Source: Polyangiaceae bacterium (GTDB taxonomy: Bacteria > Myxococcota_A > Polyangia > Polyangiales > Polyangiaceae). From it: a stretch of 64,000 nucleotides of DNA. The stretch covers positions 32,419 to 96,418 of the forward strand of contig JBNKBE010000017.1 of NCBI GenBank assembly GCA_050287085.1, read 5' to 3'. Below the pieces are notes generated by a model. The model did not search any database. It was not told the origin of the DNA and saw nothing but the letters and a program-made list of their open reading frames with translations. Within the stretch, counting starts at the first letter, position 1. Every line of letters begins with the position of its first letter. Of the stretch, positions 36,827 through 47,007 are shown one piece after another. The position numbers were made by a program, and so were the translations under genes.

Positions 36827-38923
36827 ATGCTAGCGTGTCGACGAGGAGGCCGAGTGGAATCATCGTCGAACGGGGCGTGCCCAGAGGAGGCAGATTGCGG
36901 TCGCCGGAGGGTAGCGCTCCAGTTCCGATGGGAAGGCTGGACGGACAGTGTTCCACGAGCCGCAGCGAGACCTCGGAAGCACGGTGTCGCGTGGCGGCTC
37001 ATAGCCACGTTCCTAGGCGGCGTAGGTTGTGACCCGAGCCCGTTTTCCTGGCCGGAGTACCCCGAAGACGCTTCCGATGGTGTTCGACACCAGGCTCGGC
37101 GGGACAGCGCCGCCGCCGATAGTGATGATGAGGAGGAGACATCTGGCATTTCGCGCGACGCCTCCGCCTCGGTGGCAGACCTGGATGCGGCATCGACGGC
37201 AAGTGGAGGGAGTGGTAACTCCTTGACGGACTGCAAGCCGAATACGCTCCGCTGCGAGGACGAGTGGATCTCGCTCTGCGACCAAGACGGCCGATGGCAC
37301 GCGCTCGTCGAGTGTGCGGACGATACGCCACGCTGCGTTGAGGGCGTCTGCCGTGAATGCGATCCACTCCTGGATGGCCCCGTATGTCGTGACAACACGA
37401 GCCACGCATGCGCACAAGGGGGCCGTTATGAACCGGTGGAGCGCTGCCTTGGTGACACGCCGGTATGTCTGTCCCAAAGCGGACAATGCGTGCCGTGCCC
37501 TATGGACTGCAGCGACGGCTCGCCGACCATCACCACTTTCCTCAGCTCGGAAGCCAATCTCCCGGGAGGCGGCGGCGAAACCACGCTCTCCTGGAACACA
37601 AGCGGAGCTGATTCTCTTCGCATCGAGAACGACGAAGGTCCAGAAGTGGGTGTCGTCAGTGGCACGTTCCAAGTAGTGGCCGTAGACCGCACCACGACCT
37701 TCACCCTGGTCGCAACCAACGCGGCTGGTGAGACGCGACGCGATGTCACCGTGCCGGTTTCCGCGCAGGGCGAACTCGACTGGGTGGTGCAATTGGGCAC
37801 CACTGAGGACGACTATGTGCACAGCGTTGCCACTGATGAGACGGGCCAGGTGTTGGTCGTGGGAAGCACGGGCGGAGCTCTGGTCACCCCGCTGAACGGC
37901 ATGCGCGACAGTGTCATCTACAAGTACACGCCCGCTGGAGACTCGGCGTGGGGCATACAATTCGGCTCACAGGTGACGCTCTCTCATTCTGCCGTAGCGA
38001 CCGATGTTGCTGGCAACCTATTTGTCTCAGGTACCTTTCGGGGCGTATTCGAAAAGCCCAGCGTTGGCGAGAGTGATGCGTTTGTTCAACGGCTGTCGAC
38101 GGACGGCGAGGTGTTGTGGACCGATCAGCTTGGAACGGAAAGCTACGACTACGGGACCGCCGTTGCCACCGACCGCGCCGGCAACGGATATCTCGTGGGA
38201 ACGACGGAGGAGGCCGACCTCTTTGGCCAAGGTGCTGGCAAAGGACAGGACCTCTTCATCGTCAAGTACTCCGGCGAAGGAAAGAGAGTGTGGAGTCATC
38301 AACGCGTCTCCGACGACAATGTGTTCGTCGGAGCGGTCGCCGTTGCCGATCCAGGCCACATATTTGTCGTGGGCCACGTGTTGGTTCCTGGCGGTCGGGA
38401 TGGGCTCCTGCTGAAGTACTCACAGGATGGCGAGCTCGTCTGGACAAAGGCCATCGCCACAACGGGTGACGACTATGGCCTCTCCGTTGCCACCACCGCC
38501 AACGGCGGGGTAGTCGTCGCTGGCACCACCACCGGACAGTTTCCGGGCCCCAATGACGCCGGAGCTCAGAGCCTCTTCGTGCTCAAATCAAGCCCCTCGG
38601 GGGACATCGAGTGGCGGGCACAATTCACCTCCGGTGTCTACGATAGTGCTGAAGGTATTGCGGTCGACGCACTTGGTAACGTCTTCGTCGCTGGGACGAC
38701 GCGGGCGCCGAATGCGGATGACTATGATGTATTGGTCATCAAGCTTTCGCCCGCCGGGGAGACCCTGTGGAAGCGGCAACTGGGAACATCCAGCTACGAC
38801 AGGTCGTTTGCGATTGCCACCGACGCCTTCGGCAATGTCTTCCTCACGGGGTACACCACAGGTGCGCTGGGGCTGGCCCAGAACGTGGGCGGCACAGACG
38901 GCTTCTTGGCCCGCCTACGCTAG
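36827..38923 (+). CDS. Lipoprotein with Cys-rich region, Ig-like domain and SBBP/beta-propeller repeats
   Basis: Lipobox-like GVGC; Cys-rich stretch; repeated W..QLGT...D....VATD..GN.(Y/F)V.G.T units. The true start may be further downstream. Confidence 0.8.
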   Translation: MLACRRGGRVESSSNGACPEEADCGRRRVALQFRWEGWTDSVPRAAARPRKHGVAWRLIATFLGGVGCDPSPFSWPEYPEDASDGVRHQARRDSAAADSDDEEETSGISRDASASVADLDAASTASGGSGNSLTDCKPNTLRCEDEWISLCDQDGRWHALVECADDTPRCVEGVCRECDPLLDGPVCRDNTSHACAQGGRYEPVERCLGDTPVCLSQSGQCVPCPMDCSDGSPTITTFLSSEANLPGGGGETTLSWNTSGADSLRIENDEGPEVGVVSGTFQVVAVDRTTTFTLVATNAAGETRRDVTVPVSAQGELDWVVQLGTTEDDYVHSVATDETGQVLVVGSTGGALVTPLNGMRDSVIYKYTPAGDSAWGIQFGSQVTLSHSAVATDVAGNLFVSGTFRGVFEKPSVGESDAFVQRLSTDGEVLWTDQLGTESYDYGTAVATDRAGNGYLVGTTEEADLFGQGAGKGQDLFIVKYSGEGKRVWSHQRVSDDNVFVGAVAVADPGHIFVVGHVLVPGGRDGLLLKYSQDGELVWTKAIATTGDDYGLSVATTANGGVVVAGTTTGQFPGPNDAGAQSLFVLKSSPSGDIEWRAQFTSGVYDSAEGIAVDALGNVFVAGTTRAPNADDYDVLVIKLSPAGETLWKRQLGTSSYDRSFAIATDAFGNVFLTGYTTGALGLAQNVGGTDGFLARLR

Positions 38924-38969
38924 TGAACCAGCCCAGGCAACTACGCAAAGTAGCGGCCGGATTGCTGCC

Positions 38970-40481
38970 TCAGTCACCTCCGCGCCCCAGTCCAAATAGG
39001 CTCGACAGGCGCGTCTTGGTATCGGGAGTGGCTTGCAAACGCTTGAGTTCATGCTGCGCCTCGAGATAGTCCGGGTCAATCTCGAGCACACGCCGCAAGG
39101 TGTGGGTTGCCGGACCCACCTGTCCGTCGAGGCTCTCGAGGCAGCCGCGGTAGAAGAGAATACGGGGGTTTTCTGGATAGAGAGCCGCGGCCTTCTCCGC
39201 AATCGATAGCGCACGCTTTCGATGCTTCTTCTCATCAACCGCTCGCATCCAAGCCTCGAGCGTTTTGGCTTCTACATCGCGCTCGCTAATACCCCGCAAC
39301 TGACCGCTCGAAGAGCCGGTTGGGCTGACAGACAAGGACGACGCGGGCCCCAACTTGGGACGCAGAGACGAACCCGCAGAAGTGGGTGCAACGGATGAAC
39401 CTGCCCCCACGACGGAACCGTGTACGCGCGCCGCCGCAGACCCTGGCGCATGGGTGGACCTCAGCGCGGTGGACCTCGGCGCGCTCGACCTCGGCGCGCT
39501 CGACCTCGGCGCGCTCGACCTCGGCGCGCTCGACCTCGGCGCGTTCGACACCGGGGCCACATCGGGGGCTCGCACGGCGGGCATCTGCGGGATTGTACGC
39601 GCATTCATGGCGCTCAGAGGCATGCTGGTCCTAACGGCGGGATGCGAGGACAGCTGCATCGGCTCCGCGTCAAAGCGGCGCACCACGCCGCTGCTCGGCT
39701 CCACATGGCGTCCGAGATGATGGCCGCGCTCTATGGTGCGTCCCGCGACACGTAACGTGTAGACCGCCGCAATCAACACCTCGGGATTTGCAACCCGACA
39801 CAGCCGGAGATTCTCCAAGCTATCCGGGTTACGCCGCAGTCGAGTGACAATCAGGCGCAAAGCTCCACGTAACTCGCTGTCGTGGGGTGTACCGTCTTCG
39901 CGCAGCGCAATGGGTTCGAAACGCAGGTCGCCGAGGCGACTCGCGTAGCGCTCGATGTCGGGTGACTCCGCCAAACACTCGGTCGCCGCCGACAAGGGCT
40001 CGATGCGCTGAGCCAACCCGTCATAGCCTTCGAAGCAATCCCGGCCTGGCCAAAATCGGAAGCGCGTCAGCGGCGGCAGTTGCATCATGTGCCGCAGCTG
40101 ATCCATCAAATAGCGTTCGAACAGCTGTGAAATGGTACGCAAACTGAGCAAGTTCAGCTGCTCAAGAGCGCCGAAGGTCGTGATCCCTTGGTGTGCGGCA
40201 TGAGCCTCGCAAAACGCCACCTGCTCCGGCGGAAGCTGCGATTCGAGGACGTTCAGCAGTAACGAGCCAGGCTCTTCGTCGACGTGAGCCCGCACGGGCG
40301 CCCCATAGTCGAACGCAACGGCCGCGCGCCTTCCGGCCGGGGTCTTGAGAACGAGACTCCCATTGAACGAGGTTCGATGAGCCGAAAGCAGTAGCTCTGG
40401 CAAGGGCCGTTCTGCCAGGCAGCCCCTGAGCGGATCCGCGGCTCGGAGCCCTTCGGCCGTACTAGCTCGATGTGGTTGCAT
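38970..40481 (-). CDS. DUF4388/PATAN-like N-terminal domain, low-complexity linker and C-terminal TPR protein
   Basis: G.L...PLPELL......G.L.L N-terminal pattern; TPR-like C-terminus (LRRVLEIDPDYLEA). The ORF is open to 40670 but ATG 40481 looks likelier. Confidence 0.65.
   Translation of the reverse strand: MQPHRASTAEGLRAADPLRGCLAERPLPELLLSAHRTSFNGSLVLKTPAGRRAAVAFDYGAPVRAHVDEEPGSLLLNVLESQLPPEQVAFCEAHAAHQGITTFGALEQLNLLSLRTISQLFERYLMDQLRHMMQLPPLTRFRFWPGRDCFEGYDGLAQRIEPLSAATECLAESPDIERYASRLGDLRFEPIALREDGTPHDSELRGALRLIVTRLRRNPDSLENLRLCRVANPEVLIAAVYTLRVAGRTIERGHHLGRHVEPSSGVVRRFDAEPMQLSSHPAVRTSMPLSAMNARTIPQMPAVRAPDVAPVSNAPRSSAPRSSAPRSSAPRSSAPRSTALRSTHAPGSAAARVHGSVVGAGSSVAPTSAGSSLRPKLGPASSLSVSPTGSSSGQLRGISERDVEAKTLEAWMRAVDEKKHRKRALSIAEKAAALYPENPRILFYRGCLESLDGQVGPATHTLRRVLEIDPDYLEAQHELKRLQATPDTKTRLSSLFGLGRGGD
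39457..39546. repeat. 15-bp in-frame tandem repeat (6 units, 4 identical), encoding APRSS
   Basis: Unit gacctcggcgcgctc read directly from the sequence. Confidence 0.95.
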
Positions 40482-41013
40482 CTCGTTTGATCCATGCCCC
40501 CGGACCTCGTCGATATCCCGGTGGCTAGCTCCGAAGATCGACAAGCGCTCTGGGATCTTTAAGCGTTGGGCCCGACAAAACGTCGGAAGCCTCAATTGGG
40601 TAACCGCTGCGCGCACACCTAACGCCGCCTGGCGCAGTCCTCGCGCGAACCCCGCCCCGCGACCGTGCACTGTGGTCTAGTTCGCCACAACCATGCTCTT
40701 TTCAGTTTGCCGGCATTGAACAAAGCTGAACGGAATTTGGAATGGTCCCTATTGGGTTAGTCTGGTCGCTCCTTGTGACCCCACCTCATTGTTCGGCCCG
40801 ATCCGGCTTCTTGGAAAAGAGCGGCGACTGGGAAGGGCGAGCGCGATCCAAGCCTCAAATCCACTTTCAATACGCAATTTCACCCACCGCGGGCAAAGAG
40901 CCCTCGCTCGGTGTGGAGCACCTCAGCCGACTTGACATCAGTGCTGCACACGCTGCACTACAATGGCCTGATCGTGGCACGACACTCGTGAGACGACCCT
41001 TACCTATTACGAC

Positions 41014-41949
41014 ATGACGGACTTAAACATGCCTGAACTACAACAATGCTCTCCCTACCCCAGCTCCGCGCTTCGGCGGTTCACGACGGGTCACGCCGCG
41101 GCTCTGGGCATCTTGTTGTTGGCGGCGGGATGCGGTGACGCAGACCCTGTCGCTCCAATCAACTCTGGCGGAGGTGGCGCGACCCCCAATGCTACTGCTG
41201 GGGCAGGAGCTGGAGGCGAGGGCGTGACCGGTGGTAGCGGCGGCCTGGCCGGTGGCGGCCTCGGGGGAGCGCCCATGGGTGGCGCCCAGGCGGCCGGAGC
41301 CGCGGGTAGCGCCGGGGCCGGCGGGGCGATAGGGGGTAGTGGTGGCAGCACCGCAGGCGCAGATGCTGGAGGCGCTGGCGGCACCGCGGGTGACACCGGC
41401 GCTGGCGGCACTGACCTCGGCGGAGCCGCGGGTAGCGCAGGAGCCGCAGGAGGCGAAGGTGGGGCCGGCATGGTCGAAGAGGTGAGCCCCGGCGTCAAGT
41501 TCTACAACGACGTCTGCGTCGGTTGCCACGGAGCCGACGGAGAAGGCACCGATATTGGCCCCGAGGTTCAACACCCACCCGAAGGCTTCGCGATCTTCGC
41601 GATCCGCGGCGGGCGCATCGCCGGCGACACGACAATGCCACCGTACGGCGAGGAAGCGCTCAGTGAAGAAGTACTGCAGGACCTGCTCGCTTACCTCAAC
41701 GAGCCCCCACAGCCCACCGACGGTGAGGGGCTGTACTTGGACTACTGCGCCAACTGCCACGGCGCAGATGCGCTGGGCGGCCGTACAGGATTCGGTCTGC
41801 GCAACGAGACCGGGCGCTTCCCCATGGACGTACGAAACGGACACCATGGCGGTGACTACGGCCACGAGCACTACATGCCATCGTGGACTGCCGAGGAACT
41901 ATCCGACGCTGAGATACAGCTCATCGCCGGCCACGTCTCATCTCTCTAA
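41014..41949 (+). CDS. Diheme c-type cytochrome lipoprotein with Gly/Ala-rich linker
   Basis: Lipobox AAGC; CVGCH and CANCH heme sites, each followed by a Met-Pro ligand motif (TMPPY, YMPSW). Confidence 0.88.
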   Translation: MTDLNMPELQQCSPYPSSALRRFTTGHAAALGILLLAAGCGDADPVAPINSGGGGATPNATAGAGAGGEGVTGGSGGLAGGGLGGAPMGGAQAAGAAGSAGAGGAIGGSGGSTAGADAGGAGGTAGDTGAGGTDLGGAAGSAGAAGGEGGAGMVEEVSPGVKFYNDVCVGCHGADGEGTDIGPEVQHPPEGFAIFAIRGGRIAGDTTMPPYGEEALSEEVLQDLLAYLNEPPQPTDGEGLYLDYCANCHGADALGGRTGFGLRNETGRFPMDVRNGHHGGDYGHEHYMPSWTAEELSDAEIQLIAGHVSSL

Positions 41950-41980
41950 TCTGGTTGCACAACCCCGCGCTGCGTCCTAA

Positions 41981-42853
41981 TCAGCCGCCGCGCGGGGCTC
42001 TGAGCCCTGCCCCAAGCGCCATGCGCGCCAAAACGCCCTGCAGGGTAACGTCAAGCTGGGAGCCTTCGCGGTAATCGGCAGGCACCACGAAGTGGGCGCG
42101 GTCTTCCGCGATCAAATGATAGGCGCGACGGCGTATGGCGCTACGCGTAGCCTCATCCGGCGAATCCCAGCGCGCTGGATCAAATACGGCAAGCGAATAG
42201 CCTCCCTGATGGCGGACCATCTTCATGGAGGGTATGTCAGTGTCACCATCCCCCAGATACACCATCCGTTCGAAGGGGATTGCGCGCTTCGCCATCGGGA
42301 TCCAACGATTGACGGGTTCGTTGTCCCAATTGTTGGCGACACCTTTGTTGATGCGAAAGAGGTACTGCGTCTTGGTCGTGTAGTTGACGGCCACCGCGGG
42401 CCAACGCGCCTGGCCGCGCTCATCGTAGCTATAGCGCGAGGCAAAGATGCGCTCAAAACGTTGTGCAATGCGGGTGCCCCGAATGAGCTCTTCGTTGCCC
42501 GACGAAATCACGTAGTGTTCGAGCGCAAGCCCCTGCTCCCGTGCGAAGGCATCAACGCGTTCAAAGTAGCTCTCCACGCCGGAAAACAGCGGAGTGTTCG
42601 CACCGTGATGCACGAGTAGCTCCCGCGTGATCGGAAGCCCTCGCCGAGCCGCGAAAACCAGCAGCAATCGCAAGTAGACAAGGATCTCGTCTGCGTCTTG
42701 CGCACGCTTTTCCTTGCCCACCTCCGTCCAAAAATCCTCCACGCGCACGCCGAGGTAGTCCGGAATGAGGGAGTGCTCTTGGATATTGCCGGGCGCCAAG
42801 GTGCCGTCAAAGTCGTAAACGATTGCAGCTCGCACCAAACCAGGCTCTCGCAT
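41981..42853 (-). CDS. HAD-superfamily hydrolase
   Basis: YDFDGTL motif I, YVISSG motif II, TTKTQYLFRINKG and YLGDGDTDIP motif IV. Confidence 0.9.
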   Translation of the reverse strand: MREPGLVRAAIVYDFDGTLAPGNIQEHSLIPDYLGVRVEDFWTEVGKEKRAQDADEILVYLRLLLVFAARRGLPITRELLVHHGANTPLFSGVESYFERVDAFAREQGLALEHYVISSGNEELIRGTRIAQRFERIFASRYSYDERGQARWPAVAVNYTTKTQYLFRINKGVANNWDNEPVNRWIPMAKRAIPFERMVYLGDGDTDIPSMKMVRHQGGYSLAVFDPARWDSPDEATRSAIRRRAYHLIAEDRAHFVVPADYREGSQLDVTLQGVLARMALGAGLRAPRGG

Positions 42854-43023
42854 GGCGGCCAAGGGTAGTTGAAAGGACGACACACCGCCACTGCCGCTCC
42901 CGCCGGGCTTCTCGAATGAGCCGCTGAGCGCTTTTGAGCGACTAGCGCCCGTTCGGTCGGGTCGTACTCTCCCGTGGGCGAAACGCGGTGGCCATGTCAT
43001 GGTTGGCAAAGGATCCCAAACTC

Positions 43024-46000
43024 ATGCAAGCGCAGCGCCGAGCTCCGACCATCGGTGTGCTGGTTGACAACCTACTGTCAACCTATCAGGCACGACTCAT
43101 AGGCGGCGTACGGCGCTGGGCCCGCCGTCATGGCTGTCGCCTCATCACTTTCGCTGGCGGCGCCTTGCACGCCGAACGACAGCTATTCGACGGCTCGTTC
43201 GTCTTCGAACTCCCGAGCTCCCAAACCGTCAGCGGACTCATTGTTGTGAGCAACGCGCTGGCTTCAGCCGAAGGACTGGAACTCGTCTGCACTCGAGCGT
43301 CCGGCTACGGATTACCCATCGTTTCCGTTGGGCTACTACCAGGCTATGCATCGGTGGACGCCGACACAGAGCTTGGCGCCCGACAGTTGATCGAACACCT
43401 GGTGGACGACCACAACTACTCTCGTTTCTTATTCATTCGTGGACCGAAGGGCAATCCAGACAGCCAAGAACGAGAAGCGGTGTTTCGCGATGTCATGTTG
43501 TGTCGAGATCTGGACATCGACGAGCATCTAATGCTCGACGGTGACTTTCTTCAAAGCGGCGGTGCCCGCGCCATCGAAGAGGCGCTCGACGTTCGACGCA
43601 TCTCCGTGAAGTCGATAGACGCCATCGTCGCGGCGAACGACCTAATGGCCCTGGGTGCCCTCGACGAATTGACGGCACGCGGCTACCGAATTCCGCACGA
43701 CGTTGCGCTGGTCGGATACGACGACGACGATGTCGCTCGCTCTGTCACCCCCGCATTCACCACTGTGTCCCAACCCGTCGAAGAACTCGGCGCTCGGGCT
43801 ATTCAGCTCTTGGTTCGCTTGCTGCAGGGTGAGGAGGCAGTAGAGAGCCAGACCGTTGCGACTGAACTCGTAGTGCGCAGCTCCTGCGGCTGCACCCCTG
43901 CTAGAGCCCGCGCGCACAGCGATTGCCGCGCCGAGCAGTCCGCTGCGCAATGCCTGGAAGCGGTGGGTCAAATGCTCTCGCCCTACTTGAGCGACCAGTC
44001 CCTCTCCAACCTCAGCGCTCATCTGGAGGGCTACCTGGGCGCCGAAGTCGAGCCGGAACAACACGATTGGCTGGAACCGTACGTCCAAGAAGCACATCGG
44101 CACGGGCTTGAACCGCTTCGTTGGCACGACGTTCTTGAACGCCTAGATCAGAGTTCACGGCGCAGTTCTGGAGGGCCGAGACCGGCGCGCGCGCTCGCCG
44201 GTCTCGGTCAACGCCTGGACGCCATTGCGGCACGTTTGGCGACCTTGATGCGCCTTCGTCAAGAGGAAGAATCCCTGGCTATCCGCGCCCTGGGGCACGC
44301 CCTAAGCTCGGAAAAGGCCATCAATGGCGTCAACGAGGCTCTGGCAAAGACGCTACCTGGACTTGACATTCCCTTTTGTCTCGTTTGCCTCTTTGAGCCA
44401 GGTGAACAAGACGCAGTCCACGTCTTCGCTCACTATCAGACCGTGGCCGGCGGGAAATTGTCGGCGCTCGTCAGACACCCGTCCGAGGTCTACCGCGCCA
44501 TGCCAAGCGCTCCGCCGTCCAGCAGAACCGTGCTCGACGAACCGCTTCATGGCACCGCCCTGAGGGCGGTGCAGCTAGCCCCCGAATCCGTAAAACGAGA
44601 ACTTGGGCGTGCCAACCTTCTGATAGCACCCCTCACCTTCGGAGAGCAAAGTCTGGGGTATGTCGTATTTCACGAGCCGCTGACGACGCATCGGGCATGG
44701 GCCCTGGACGGCGTAACGAGCCATCTCAGCCGAGGCGCGCATGCCATCTTGCTAGCACACCGCCTCAGAAGCGCCCGCCGCAGTGCAGAACGCGCCAATG
44801 ACGTCAAATCCGAGTTCCTCGCCATGATGTCGCACGAGCTACGAACCCCGATGACCGGCGTACTCGGCCAATTGGACCTGAGCTTGCGGCAAGAGCTGAA
44901 CGACGATCAACGAAGACGTCTAATGCAGGCACGCGACTCTGCAGCGGTGTTGCTGCGAGTCGTCAACGACATTCTCGATCTAGCGAAGGCAGAAGGCGGG
45001 CACATACAGCTCGAAAGCTCCATCTTCAAACTTGAGGAGGTGTTGCAACGCGCCACTGCCAGCGTAATGCCGGCCGTCAGCAACAAGGAGCTCGGCTTTG
45101 TCCTGAATCTCGCGCCGGACTTGCCCGAACAGATCGAGGGCGATCCGCTCCGTCTCACTCAGATCTTGACCAATCTGCTCAGCAACGCAGTCAAGTTCAG
45201 CGATAGCGGTGAGATCGATCTCACGGTACGGGTCGTCTCGGGAGAGAGGGGCACCGAAGGCTGGCTCGAGTGTATCGTATCCGATCAGGGCGTTGGCATC
45301 AGCGAGGCGCAACGAGCAACGCTCTTCGAGCCCTTCGTCCAAGGCGATAGCTCGACGACCCGACGCTACGGAGGGACTGGACTGGGCTTGGCCATTGCGC
45401 GGCGTTTCGCGCGCTTGATGGGCGGAGACATCGACGTGGAAAGCGAATTGGGACGCGGTAGCTCGTTTCGCTTTCGGCTGCCCCTGACGGCCGCGCAGAG
45501 CTCCCCCCCCGAATCCATTGCGGGCCGAGCCCCGGTGCTGCTGGCCGTCGGCAATGACGCAGAACGCCTCGCGCTTGCAAGGGCGTTCCACCATCGCGGC
45601 TTGACGGTTGCATCCTGTCACAATCTCGAAACGACTCTCGAGCAGCTAGGCCGCCCGGGAGCTAGCTTCTCAATGGTGCTCGTCGACCACGCGCTGCCGC
45701 CTCTAGGCTACAATGAACTCGCAGACCAACTCGGACGCTTCGGACACGCGGTGGACGGTCCGGTGGTGCTGCTGGGCCGCTACGGAGACGATGAGCCGTT
45801 GCGCCATCCGGCAATCGCCTTGCGCCTGCAGAAGCCGCTCTTTCCGTCAGCCATTCAGGCTCTGTGCCGCTACGGGCTTACGCCGGGGCCCAGCGAGCCT
45901 CAGCACAACGCTCCCGGCCCGAATCGGCAACCCCTTCGAGGCAGGGTGTTGCTCCTAGCCCAAGACGATCCCACGTCTCAAGACGTATTGCGACATGTAC

Positions 46001-47007
46001 TCGAAACGGCAGGAGCGAGCGTCGTTTCGGTGAGCAACGGAAACGACGCAGTCGCGCTCGCCGAAGAGAAGGGCTTCGACGCGATCTTGCTCGACCTCGG
46101 ACTTCCCGGGATGGACGGCTACGCAGCGGCACGGGCGATTCGTCTCGACAAGAAGCACGCGCGTACCCCGATTCTAGCTGTGACGGCCAATGCCAGCTTA
46201 TTGGCGCGCCAACGCTGTCTCGCCGCAGGCATGAACGACTTCGTCACGCTTCCCGTGGCGGCGCCGCAACTGCTTTCGGCTCTTGATTCGGTGCTCGGAC
46301 GAGATCCCCGTCCCCTGGTCAGCAGAATGCAGAGCACGCAGTCCTTCGCCTCGCTGAGCGCTCTGCGCGCAGACAATCTGCTAGACACCGGACTCGGACG
46401 GGAACGGCTTGGAGGCAGCATCGACTTCTATGACCGACTGCTCCAGCGCTTTGTCGAGCACAACGAGTCAGTTGTGGCCAGCGTTCGGCACTACGCCGAA
46501 CACGGGGAGTCGCACGAGATACAGCGTGCCGTGCACACGCTGGTCAGCGCGGCCGGCAACGTCGGAGCGCGGTACCTGCACGGTATCGCCCGCCATCTGG
46601 AGTCCGAAACGGCGGAAGGTCAACGCGTTCCGAGTGACGAAGCTCTGACGGAACTCGAATTCGCCGTCCTCGCCACCATGCAGACAGCAAAAACCTACCT
46701 CAAAGCTCGTGCCTCCTCAGAGGGAACCTGCGATACGCTGGCCACCTCGATCGATGACGACGCCCCGGGCGTCACCCTACAAGAACTCGTCGACCTGGTG
46801 AGTCACCACGATACGCGCGCGCTAGAGTTGCTCGCTCACCTACGACCGTCAGCCGCAAGCCCTGACGCCCCCCGCGATGCCGTAGCCACCACCCTGCGCG
46901 CGCTCGAAACCTCGTTGCACTCCTACGACTTCGAGAAAGCCCGCGCACAGCTCGATCAGCTTGCGCAATGGTTCCCCCTGCCTGCCTCGGGGCCGCCGTC
47001 GCGGTAA
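43024..47007 (+). CDS. Cytoplasmic hybrid histidine kinase: LacI-type sugar-binding domain, HisKA, HATPase, two REC domains, HPt
   Basis: AANDLMALG...IPHDVALVGYDD...TTVSQP...LVVRSSCGC; SHELRTP; NLLSNAVKF; GGTGLGL; LLDLGLPGMDG; VHTL..AAGNVGA. The ORF is open from 42988. Confidence 0.9.
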   Translation: MQAQRRAPTIGVLVDNLLSTYQARLIGGVRRWARRHGCRLITFAGGALHAERQLFDGSFVFELPSSQTVSGLIVVSNALASAEGLELVCTRASGYGLPIVSVGLLPGYASVDADTELGARQLIEHLVDDHNYSRFLFIRGPKGNPDSQEREAVFRDVMLCRDLDIDEHLMLDGDFLQSGGARAIEEALDVRRISVKSIDAIVAANDLMALGALDELTARGYRIPHDVALVGYDDDDVARSVTPAFTTVSQPVEELGARAIQLLVRLLQGEEAVESQTVATELVVRSSCGCTPARARAHSDCRAEQSAAQCLEAVGQMLSPYLSDQSLSNLSAHLEGYLGAEVEPEQHDWLEPYVQEAHRHGLEPLRWHDVLERLDQSSRRSSGGPRPARALAGLGQRLDAIAARLATLMRLRQEEESLAIRALGHALSSEKAINGVNEALAKTLPGLDIPFCLVCLFEPGEQDAVHVFAHYQTVAGGKLSALVRHPSEVYRAMPSAPPSSRTVLDEPLHGTALRAVQLAPESVKRELGRANLLIAPLTFGEQSLGYVVFHEPLTTHRAWALDGVTSHLSRGAHAILLAHRLRSARRSAERANDVKSEFLAMMSHELRTPMTGVLGQLDLSLRQELNDDQRRRLMQARDSAAVLLRVVNDILDLAKAEGGHIQLESSIFKLEEVLQRATASVMPAVSNKELGFVLNLAPDLPEQIEGDPLRLTQILTNLLSNAVKFSDSGEIDLTVRVVSGERGTEGWLECIVSDQGVGISEAQRATLFEPFVQGDSSTTRRYGGTGLGLAIARRFARLMGGDIDVESELGRGSSFRFRLPLTAAQSSPPESIAGRAPVLLAVGNDAERLALARAFHHRGLTVASCHNLETTLEQLGRPGASFSMVLVDHALPPLGYNELADQLGRFGHAVDGPVVLLGRYGDDEPLRHPAIALRLQKPLFPSAIQALCRYGLTPGPSEPQHNAPGPNRQPLRGRVLLLAQDDPTSQDVLRHVLETAGASVVSVSNGNDAVALAEEKGFDAILLDLGLPGMDGYAAARAIRLDKKHARTPILAVTANASLLARQRCLAAGMNDFVTLPVAAPQLLSALDSVLGRDPRPLVSRMQSTQSFASLSALRADNLLDTGLGRERLGGSIDFYDRLLQRFVEHNESVVASVRHYAEHGESHEIQRAVHTLVSAAGNVGARYLHGIARHLESETAEGQRVPSDEALTELEFAVLATMQTAKTYLKARASSEGTCDTLATSIDDDAPGVTLQELVDLVSHHDTRALELLAHLRPSAASPDAPRDAVATTLRALETSLHSYDFEKARAQLDQLAQWFPLPASGPPSR

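Noticed and set aside
39457..39546. Short direct repeats as a possible CRISPR array
   Set aside because: Units are 15 bp, contiguous with no spacers, in frame within a CDS, and no cas genes are present.
40826..40870. gactgggaagg resembling the B12-box of a cobalamin riboswitch
   Set aside because: The other conserved elements (gggaa..ggtg, gccactg, agccagaagacc) are missing and no B12-related gene follows.
40932..40964. TTGACA...TACAAT sigma-70-like promoter before the cytochrome gene
   Set aside because: The spacer is 21 nt, too long for a canonical promoter.
41165..41470. Gly/Ala-rich repetitive DNA in the cytochrome gene
   Set aside because: An ordinary low-complexity linker of myxobacterial lipoproteins; no regular nucleotide repeat unit.
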